This document shows positions 49,835 through 58,400 of a DNA stretch of 64,000 nucleotides, piece by piece. The stretch covers positions 45,168 through 109,167 of the forward strand of contig JBAXPV010000009.1 of the NCBI GenBank assembly GCA_037132075.1, in the 5' to 3' direction. The stretch's first letter is position 1, and each line of letters begins with the position of its first letter. The notes below the pieces were generated by a model. It made no database searches, was not told the DNA's origin, and worked only from the letters and a program-made list of their open reading frames with translations. The position numbers and the translations under genes were made by a program. This stretch comes from Bacteroidota bacterium (GTDB taxonomy: Bacteria; Bacteroidota; Bacteroidia; Bacteroidales; CAIXZF01).

Positions 49835-51694
49835 TTGATATATCTGCCTTATCAACGGATGATAACCCGCGTTGTAAGCCTTGGCGATGTGCCCATGGGC
49901 GGCGAAAATCCAATCCGTATCCAGTCAATGACGAATACCGACACGCTCGATACCCTGTCGACTGTCGAACAGACCATAGATCTCGTTGAAGCCGGCTGCG
50001 ACTATGTCAGAATCACAACCCCTACCATAGCCGATGCCGAAAACCTTCGTATCATCAAACAAGAACTCCGAAAACAGGGTATTCATGTTCCGCTCATCGC
50101 CGACGTGCATTTCAACCCGAAAGTCGCTGAACTTGCGGCACGACTGGTTGAGAAAGTAAGGATAAATCCGGGCAACTATGCCGACAAGAAACGACAGACC
50201 ACAATAGGATTCTCCGAACAGGAATACCGTGAAGAGCTGGAACGTATTGCCGAACGTTTCCGCCCACTGCTCGACATCTGCAAGGAATATGGTACCGCAA
50301 TCAGGATTGGCGTCAACCATGGCTCGCTCTCCGATCGTATCATGAGCCGTTATGGCGATACACCCCTCGGAATGGCCGAGTCAGCAATGGAGTTTCTCAG
50401 GATATCCGCTGGCTACGGCTTTCATGAGCTGGTTTGTTCCATGAAATCCAGTAACATCAGGGTAACGACCTTTGCCACCCGGCAGTTGGTCATGCTGATG
50501 CAGGAAGAAGGGATGAACTACCCGATTCACCTGGGTGTGACTGAAGCCGGCGACGGTGAAGATGGACGCATCAAGTCAGCAGCAGGCATTGGCGCTTTGC
50601 TGGAAGATGGGATAGGGGATACGATACGGGTTTCCCTGACGGAAGATCCCGAACAGGAGATTCCCGTTGCCAAAGCAATTGCCGACAGGTATAACAAACG
50701 CCAGGGACCCTACACCCATACATTGAATCTCCCGGAAAACCTTAGCTACCTTGAGTTTCAGAAAAGAGAAACGATCCGTGTGGGCAAGATTGGTGGCGGA
50801 CAACAAGCTGCGGTCATCACCTCATGCTCTGGCATCGCTTCCTTTGAGTGTTCTTATTTCGCCAACAAAGCCTTTAAGCCGGATTTTATCTACAACCCGC
50901 CTCATATTGTCACCCTCAAACATCCTTCTGAAGTACAGGAAGTCGTTCATTTCTCGATCTGGGATCAGGGGTCTACAGCATTTCTGCCCTTGTGGGATGT
51001 ACATAACTACATGAGAGCCAGCATAAGGTCTACGGTTACGAATTTCATCATGGTGACTGAAGCCTCTCTCAGTGCGGAATTGATCGAAGCTGCCAAAAAC
51101 GACACTGTCGCCGTTTTTGTGTTCGAATCACATTGGACTGCGGCTGTCAGCCAGGTCCGACGGATGTTTAGCATCTTAAAAGAAATGAACTGCCATACCC
51201 CTGTCGTGTTGAACCGTGCCTTTACCATGCCCGATATCGACCTCCTGGCATTATATTCCGCCGCAGACCTGGCTTACCTGCTGGTCGACGGCCAGGGCGA
51301 CGGAATCTGGGTGGAAGGTGAGCCAGATGCCTTATGCAAATACCCTACACAAACAGTATTTAATATCTTACAAGCTGTCGGCGACAGGATCTACAAAACC
51401 GAATATATCGCTTGTCCTTCCTGTGGCCGGACTCAGTTTAACATCCAACAGGCACTCAGCCAGGTCAAAGACCAAACCGCACATCTCACCGGACTGAAAA
51501 TTGCCGTCATGGGTTGTATCGTCAATGGCCCCGGTGAAATGGCCGATGCCAACTACGGATATGTCGGAGCCGGAAACGGGAAAGTCATGCTGTATAAAGG
51601 AAAGAATCTCGTCAAACAAGGCATAGACGAATCCGTCGCTGTCGACGAACTTATCACCATCATCAAAGATGGTGGTGATTGGGTAGAACCCTGA
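49835..51694 (+). CDS. ispG: 4-hydroxy-3-methylbut-2-en-1-yl diphosphate synthase (long form with insert domain)
   Basis: 619 aa. GGENPIRIQSMTNT, and Fe-S ligand motifs CPSCGRT and MGCIVNGPGE. A TTG start at 49835 is inferred because the conserved N-terminal Y.R...V..G lies upstream of the first ATG (49859). Confidence 0.9.
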   Translation: MIYLPYQRMITRVVSLGDVPMGGENPIRIQSMTNTDTLDTLSTVEQTIDLVEAGCDYVRITTPTIADAENLRIIKQELRKQGIHVPLIADVHFNPKVAELAARLVEKVRINPGNYADKKRQTTIGFSEQEYREELERIAERFRPLLDICKEYGTAIRIGVNHGSLSDRIMSRYGDTPLGMAESAMEFLRISAGYGFHELVCSMKSSNIRVTTFATRQLVMLMQEEGMNYPIHLGVTEAGDGEDGRIKSAAGIGALLEDGIGDTIRVSLTEDPEQEIPVAKAIADRYNKRQGPYTHTLNLPENLSYLEFQKRETIRVGKIGGGQQAAVITSCSGIASFECSYFANKAFKPDFIYNPPHIVTLKHPSEVQEVVHFSIWDQGSTAFLPLWDVHNYMRASIRSTVTNFIMVTEASLSAELIEAAKNDTVAVFVFESHWTAAVSQVRRMFSILKEMNCHTPVVLNRAFTMPDIDLLALYSAADLAYLLVDGQGDGIWVEGEPDALCKYPTQTVFNILQAVGDRIYKTEYIACPSCGRTQFNIQQALSQVKDQTAHLTGLKIAVMGCIVNGPGEMADANYGYVGAGNGKVMLYKGKNLVKQGIDESVAVDELITIIKDGGDWVEP

Positions 51695-51707
51695 TTCAAG
51701 AGATCGT

Positions 51708-51733
51708 TTAATCCACGATTATGTGGGGATTAA
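51708..51733 (+). terminator. Stem-loop downstream of ispG (possible terminator, no U-tract)
   Basis: TTAATCC-acgattatgtgg-GGATTAA forms a 7-bp perfect stem 14 nt after the ispG stop, in a convergent gap. Confidence 0.3.
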
Positions 51734-51886
51734 GTACTCCATAGTTTGGGATGTTATACGAAATAAAATTACTGAATTGATAATACAGATTGCAGAAGTA
51801 ATCGTTATTGAGCAAGAAGGCAGAGCCTTATAAATTTTCTGTGAATTCTGTACTTTTATTGTGACCAATCCGTGCCAAGAAATTTA

Positions 51887-52567
51887 TTACCGATCCTTCC
51901 GGCAAAAACCCTTAAAGTCGCAGGGATACGGCTTGTCACAATGCGCGCCCATTGGGATGAAGGGCAATCGGCGGGTCGTGAGTACCATCTTCTGGTGCAG
52001 AACTTCCTTTTTTATGGATTCCTGTTTTGAAAGCGCAAAACCCATCACCGATTCCGACTGGAAATAGCCATCTACCGCTTCCGGTTTCTTTGGATCATAC
52101 ATTCTTTTTGGAAAGATGATCTGAATGTCTTGCAGCGCGATCCCGCTATTCGTGATGATGTAATACTGAAAAGCTGCATCCATGCGGTAAACGTCTTTCA
52201 CCTCTAATGAACTCTTGACTTCATAAGCCTTCCAGCCGCTTTTGTCTTTTACAAGGATATCCATCAGTGCAATACAAGCATCATACTCAAATCCTGCTTC
52301 ATAAATAATAGTCACACCTTGTTCAATCAAGGCTTTCGTTTGGGCAATGACTTTGTTGACCTGGAAAAACTTTTCGTCTTTGGCCATCACGCCTCCAGGG
52401 AAAAGATTCTGCGCAAGGTCTCCGACATTATGACCACGCTTAAAAGCCTGCTGTTGCTCAAGAGAAAGCGGGTCTTTTACTTCCTGGTGGTATTTGTTGA
52501 GATAAAGCGATTTATGGCATTGAAGTCCACGGATAAAAGACGATTTTGACAGGACATGTTTTGCCAT
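51887..52567 (-). CDS. Small PD-(D/E)XK nuclease with a Cas4/RecB-like four-Cys pattern (DUF2779-like)
   Basis: 226 aa. The N-terminus LSKSSFIRGLQCHKSLYL resembles DUF2779. Nuclease motifs are IYEAG, MDILV, YEVKSS and FQYY. Cys17 plus the C-terminal HCDKPYPCDFKGFC give four Cys, as in Cas4-type Fe-S nucleases. Confidence 0.55.
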   Translation of the reverse strand: MAKHVLSKSSFIRGLQCHKSLYLNKYHQEVKDPLSLEQQQAFKRGHNVGDLAQNLFPGGVMAKDEKFFQVNKVIAQTKALIEQGVTIIYEAGFEYDACIALMDILVKDKSGWKAYEVKSSLEVKDVYRMDAAFQYYIITNSGIALQDIQIIFPKRMYDPKKPEAVDGYFQSESVMGFALSKQESIKKEVLHQKMVLTTRRLPFIPMGAHCDKPYPCDFKGFCRKDR

Positions 52568-52576
52568 TTATATACC

Positions 52577-53524
52577 TTAAGGGATGATTACATTTATTGC
52601 CCGGGCCAGCATCTCAAAGCGGAAGGGTGATTCCCCCAGGGCCTCTCCGTCAGCTTCAACCCAACATTTTGGTTCTGAGATGATCTCAACCGACTTCCCG
52701 GTATAGGTCGAAACCTCTGGTAAACTAACATAAGAGCCGTCATAAAGTTTGTTCACCGAGCGCATTACTTTGATCCGTGAGATTTTTCCGATAATGCTGA
52801 GGTCGAAGATCCCATCATCAGGCACCGCTGACGGTAATTGTTTCATCCCGCCACCGTTATACTGCGCATTGCCCAGGGTCATACTGAAAACTTCGTGGGT
52901 AGATTCCGTGCCGTCGATAATCAGCTTCATCTTTGTCGGGGAATATGCCATCAGCGTCGTGAAAATATGATATTGGTATTTCATCGGACCTAAATGCCCT
53001 CGTTCCCGGTCAGCCGTTACCTTTTTATTCACTTCAGCGTCGAAGCCAATCCCGCAGATATTGATAAAATACCATGACTTTTCAAGCCCATTCGTATGAT
53101 AAAATACACGGCCAACATCATGTGTCATGGTCTTTCCCTTTTGAATGACTTTGATCGCATCCTCATACTCAAAAGGGATATTGTGTGTCCGTACCCAGTC
53201 ATTCCCCGTTCCAACCGGGATCATCGCAAGCGTGACCAGGGTGGAATCAACCACACTTTGCGTGAAAACTGCATTGACTGCCTCATTCAAAAATCCATCA
53301 CCACCGGCAATGATAAATTTCCGAAAACCCTGTCCCAGAAAATCTTGTATCATCTGCACTGAATGTCGCGAATATTCAGTGAAATGATGATCATATTGAA
53401 TGTCATACTTGTCAAGTAAAGAGGAAATCCGGGCCCAGTCGTCACGCCCTTTTTGATTTCCTGCCATGGGGTTGATCAGGACAACCCACGATTCATGGCT
53501 TTCGCTCATATTCTCCATAGGCAT
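52577..53524 (-). CDS. Diacylglycerol/lipid kinase family protein (YegS/BmrU-like)
   Basis: 315 aa. Motifs IIAGGDGFLNEAVN and PVGTGNDW. Confidence 0.85.
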   Translation of the reverse strand: MPMENMSESHESWVVLINPMAGNQKGRDDWARISSLLDKYDIQYDHHFTEYSRHSVQMIQDFLGQGFRKFIIAGGDGFLNEAVNAVFTQSVVDSTLVTLAMIPVGTGNDWVRTHNIPFEYEDAIKVIQKGKTMTHDVGRVFYHTNGLEKSWYFINICGIGFDAEVNKKVTADRERGHLGPMKYQYHIFTTLMAYSPTKMKLIIDGTESTHEVFSMTLGNAQYNGGGMKQLPSAVPDDGIFDLSIIGKISRIKVMRSVNKLYDGSYVSLPEVSTYTGKSVEIISEPKCWVEADGEALGESPFRFEMLARAINVIIP

Positions 53525-54523
53525 TTATTTAATATGTTTGCTTAAGCATAAGGCGATATCCTCTGGTTTTATTGCATGCATACAGGCGCAGGAGCCCTTA
53601 TTACGGCAATCATTACATTCTTTTTCCAGCACAAAGACTTCGGCATTTTTCCCCAGGGGCGCCCAGCGACCGGCGTGCATCGGGCGTATGGGCGGGTAGA
53701 TCCCGATGGCATGCTTGCCCAAAACTGCTGCTACATGCAAAGGACCCGTACTTGCAGCCACCATCGCGTCGGCGGATGCGATGAAAGAGAGCAATTCAGT
53801 CAGGGAGAACATGCCGCAAAGGTCTGTCGTATTGGGAAGATCAAAGATCCCTGACTTCCGGATGCTTTCCCCTTCCCGCTCAGTGCCTGTGATAAAGATC
53901 TTAAAATCATCGGGAGAGAGCAGCTTCACGAGCGTCTTGAAATTTTCGAGACCCCATTCACGGGCACTTCCTAAAGAAAGCGGATGCAGGATCAGGTTTG
54001 TCTTTACAGGATCCAGCAAGGATTGCTGCGTTTCAGTAAGGGCTGCGATTTTGTTTAAACCGTAGTATCGCTGAATTTCATCCGTACTGAATTCTTTTTT
54101 AATCCCCAGCCCCGATAGTAGGCGCAGATTGAGCTGGGATTCGTGCAAAGCAGCGTTTTTCCGGCTGAGCGGGACAAGCTGATTGCAAGTAAACCAATGA
54201 TACAACCTGCCCGTGCTGCCGATCCGCTTAGGGATCCCGGCTTTCTTGCAAAGCGCGGCAATCTCCTGGCGCGGAAAGACATGAATGACCGTATCAATTT
54301 TTAAATTACGGATGTAGGCAACAGAGTCTTCAAAGCTTTGAATGTCAATAAATCTGTCTATAGTACCGCAGGCTTCTATCAGCGGGCGCGTATATTCTTT
54401 GCCAAGAAACAGAATCTCTGCCTGGGGAAAATGCTCTTTAAGGACCCCTGCCATGGGGAGTGTCAATACGACATCACCAATGCTATCGGTGCGGCTGATG
54501 AGAATCCGTTCGGGGTTTCTCAT
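53525..54523 (-). CDS. Glycosyltransferase family 9 (LPS heptosyltransferase-like)
   Basis: 332 aa. N-terminus ILISRTDSIGDVVLTLP, and a C-terminal Cys-containing tail typical of GT9. Its stop abuts the kinase start. Confidence 0.8.
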   Translation of the reverse strand: MRNPERILISRTDSIGDVVLTLPMAGVLKEHFPQAEILFLGKEYTRPLIEACGTIDRFIDIQSFEDSVAYIRNLKIDTVIHVFPRQEIAALCKKAGIPKRIGSTGRLYHWFTCNQLVPLSRKNAALHESQLNLRLLSGLGIKKEFSTDEIQRYYGLNKIAALTETQQSLLDPVKTNLILHPLSLGSAREWGLENFKTLVKLLSPDDFKIFITGTEREGESIRKSGIFDLPNTTDLCGMFSLTELLSFIASADAMVAASTGPLHVAAVLGKHAIGIYPPIRPMHAGRWAPLGKNAEVFVLEKECNDCRNKGSCACMHAIKPEDIALCLSKHIK

Positions 54524-55290
54524 GAACTAGCTGTCTTTGTTTCTTTCCATAACTGCCTGAGCTTCGCATACTTAAGCAGTGATGCCCAAGCAGAAAAAGA
54601 GCAGATCAGAAATCCATAATAGCCGTCAAGGATACCCAGTTTTAAGAAATAGTCGCGGCAAAAACGTACCGGAAACGAATAAAGTACCTTAAAAGCTGTG
54701 GCTTTCTTCCCGCGCTCAAACAAAGATGCCGCATTCATATTGGTGAAATGATTGATCTGTAGCAAATGGGACTCGATTGAATCATAGGAAAAATGAAGCA
54801 GATTTCCCTTTAAGTGTTTTACTGACTCACCCTGGCTCATCTCAAGCTTCTCGTGCAGACTCTCACCGGTCCAGCGCGCTTTTCTCCGGTCCACCAGGCG
54901 AAGCTTCACATCGGGGTACCATCCGCAGTGCTTCACCCGGAACCCACAATAATTCGTGAGCCGGTTAAAACTATAGCCATCGTGGGTCCAGTTCTTTTTA
55001 AGGACAAGGATGCTTTTCTTTAATTCAGTCGAAAGAACCTCATCCGCATCCAGGGAAAGCACATAATCATAACTGGCATGATCTAATGCGACATTTTTCT
55101 GGTCCACATAGTTTTTAAAGGGATGCGAATAAAAAGTGGCTCCGTTTTGGAGACTGATCACTTTGGTCCGATCAGTGGAATTGGAATCCAATACCACGAT
55201 TTCATCAACGACCCCCTTCAAAGAATCAAGACAGGCAGCAATTTTCTTCTCCTCATTGAGGGTGATAATAACAGCAGAAATTTTGAGCAT
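54520..55290 (-). CDS. Glycosyltransferase family 2
   Basis: 256 aa from ATG 55290 (MLKISAVIITLNEEKKI...); the ORF-track start at 55338 adds 16 aa. Motifs VLDSNSTD and LSLDADE (DxD). The stop overlaps the GT9 start (ATGA). Confidence 0.85.
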   Translation of the reverse strand: MLKISAVIITLNEEKKIAACLDSLKGVVDEIVVLDSNSTDRTKVISLQNGATFYSHPFKNYVDQKNVALDHASYDYVLSLDADEVLSTELKKSILVLKKNWTHDGYSFNRLTNYCGFRVKHCGWYPDVKLRLVDRRKARWTGESLHEKLEMSQGESVKHLKGNLLHFSYDSIESHLLQINHFTNMNAASLFERGKKATAFKVLYSFPVRFCRDYFLKLGILDGYYGFLICSFSAWASLLKYAKLRQLWKETKTASS

Positions 55291-55307
55291 AAGATTCCTT
55301 TTCCTCA

Positions 55308-55315
55308 CAAACCTA
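55308..55315 (-). promoter_or_regulatory. -7 box TAGGTTTG for the GT2-GT9-kinase-nuclease string
   Basis: Perfect TAnnTTTG on the minus strand, 18 nt upstream of ATG 55290. It lies inside the longer ORF-track version, which supports 55290. Confidence 0.5.
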
Positions 55316-55476
55316 CAAGAAATTCTGACAATATGCAAAAACGATTTGTAAGTTAATTATTTGTTAAAACCCAATCGCCCCCAAGCAAAAGATTATTTAG
55401 AATGTTTCTTGACAAGTTAAAATATATGCGTGAAGTCTCTTTGGGCCATTTGGTTATGAATACAATATAAAATAAT

Positions 55477-58400
55477 ATGAAAAATATATACCTTGCTGTT
55501 ATTTCAATCTGCTTGTTTTTTACTGTTAGCTCAGTAATGGCAGGTCTTCCAGGAGATACAATCTGTACTGGCGACAAAGTCACCCACCCCCTGATCAGCC
55601 ACATCCCTTATCCTGGCTGTCCTTCCGCCGGACAAAATGGAACCGTCGGTTCTCCTGATCACCAGGGTAAAGACAATTGCGAAAAGGTCTGTAAATTTTC
55701 GATAATTACTTATTTCACCGCAGTTCATCCAGGTAGTACTTACTTCTGGAAAGCCACAGGTGATGTTACAATCACAGGAATTAACACCAATACTGTCGTG
55801 GTACATTGGGATGCGACACCCTTTGGCAGTCTGACTGTCTACGAAACCAACCATTGGGGCTGTGTTGATTCAAATAAAATATGTGTAGAAAAGCTCGATC
55901 TCCCGATCGCCAATTTTTCATTTCCGGCTTCGGCCTGCAAGTTAGCCCAGGTTCAGTTCAACAACCTGTCGGCAGGCGCGATCTCATACCAGTGGTTCTT
56001 TGGTGATGGCGGCACTTCCAACGCAACAGATCCTTTACATGTCTACAACAGCGGGGGGATCTTTACCATAACGCTCATCGCCACCAACAGCTGTCATTGT
56101 ACCGACACCCTGAAAAAGACAATCAATGTGAGTTCCTTGCCCGGACCCGACATCAGCTGCCCATCCACCGTTTGTGCCCACGACAATGCTACTTATTCAA
56201 CCTCAGTCAGCGGTTGCGTCTACCATTGGTTTGTGCAGGGTGGCATCATTGTCGGACCTTTTAACCAGCAATCGGTGAACATCAGCTGGGGACCCGGACA
56301 GATGGGTGCTGTGGGTTTGTATCTGAGTGGCTGTGCGTCTGTTTGCACAGATACTACCTGGGTTGCGATCCCCATCATCCCTGCTGTGGCAATCATCGCC
56401 GGGCCATCAAAGGTCTGTCCGGGCGACTGTGCCGATTTTTCTATTCCCGACTTCAGCGGGGCTACCTACCACTGGTCGCTGAACAGCGGCAGCTGTGGCA
56501 GCATCAAAGACACTTCGGAGTGCGGGAAGGTAGAGATCTGCTATCCTGCCTTTGGCTATCCCTGCAACGACACCCTGAAAGTGACTTATTATGACAATCA
56601 CCTGCATTGTGGAGGCAGTGGCATCAAAATCATTCATTTCCGTCCGAAGCTGGATATTTTTGGACCTGCTGAGGTTTGTGTAAAAAATCTGGCCAGCTTC
56701 TTTGCCGCTTCAGGAGTTTCTTGTACCTGGAAGATTTCCCCGGTGGGACCCGTTTTCTCCCCTGGCCCGGGATCTTCAGTTACCTTCAACTGGATGAATC
56801 TGCCCGGAACTTATATTATCACAGCCTTTCCTCAAAACCCAAACCAGGTCTGTAACGACTCAGCTTCGTTTAGCGTTACAGTGCTTCCTGCTCCTGCAAA
56901 ACCTGTCATCACCGGCGACACGCTCCTCTGCCCCAACAGCGTCGGACAATACTGTGCCACGGCTTCCGGGAATATCTCCTGGGTGATTGTTGGGGGTACA
57001 CCTGCCAACGGCTCAGGAAACTGCATCACGGTAAACTGGGGCGCTACGCCTCCTTTCCGTGTAAAAGCGGTCAATGCCATGACTTCCTCACCTTTCTGCC
57101 CGTCTGATACCACGACTTTAAAGGTGAATGTCATCACACCAGCCCCGATGCCGGTGATCACAGGGAGTCATACTGCCTGTGCAAACCTCACCCAGGGATA
57201 TGCCTGCAATGTGGTGATGCCTGCTGGCTCAACCTTCAGCTGGACCCTGAATCCTCCCAATGCCGGGGCGATAACTATTGGACAAAATACCAATGCTGTG
57301 CAGATTGAGTGGGGGAACAACGCCCCGCAAACGATAATCCTGTCTTTATCTGTCACCGTATGTAACACTACGGTAACAGACACATTCCATATTTCGCTCA
57401 ATCCGGTTCCTTTGCCTGTTGCTTATCAGGTCGGGAATCTTTGCCAGGGAGGCAGTGCGCAACTCGCAGTCTCAGGCGGTGTATTTACCGCATGGCAATG
57501 GAGCGGTCCCGGGAGCTTCAGCAGCAGCCTTGCTTCCCCCACCATTAATGTGCAAGGCTTGTACCAGGTCACCGCGACAGCTGGAGGCTGCCCGGGAATC
57601 TCACAAATCAACGTCACCTATGTGGGCTCACCTTTGGCCAGCATCAGCGCCCAGGGCCCTCTGGTATATTGCATTGGAACGCCCTTTTCCGTAAATCTCT
57701 GTGCCCTCGGTAATGGAAATTACAGCTACCAGTGGTCGGGTGGCGGACCGGGCACCCAGTGCTATACTGTCAGTGCCCCCGGTTCATGGGTCGTCACTGT
57801 AACCGACAACAGCAATGGATGCTTTGCCATTTCCAACAGCCTGAGCGTTTCCACAATCCCTTGTGCGGGAGGAAACTGCACGCCAAACGGAAGCGCGGGT
57901 TTTACCCATGCGTCCTGCAATCCTGTCGTGTTCACCAATACTTCTGTCAATGCCAGCAGCTTTTTCTGGGATTTTGGCGACAATACCAGCTCCATTGCCA
58001 CCAACCCTACACATACCTACAACCAGGCTGGTTTCTACCTCGTGACCCTCACCGCTACTGTGCCCGATGCATCCGGTACCGGTTTCTGTACGGTGAAAGA
58101 TACCGCCTTGATTGAAGTTCCGCTGGTGGCCAAATTCGACATCCTGCCTGCCTGCTTTGGCCTGCCTGTCTGCTTCACCGACAAAAGCGTTCATACCGTC
58201 GGCAACAGCATCGCTTCCTGGAACTGGAATTTCGGCGATGCCAGCAGCTCCGGCACACAAAACCCTTGTCATACCTACGCCTTGCCGGGTACATATGTTG
58301 TGACGCTGACGATATCTAATGCGAATTGTACAACATCTCATAGCGATACCGTCATCGTCAGGGCAAAACCTACTGCTGCCTTTAGCTTCAGCAACAATGC

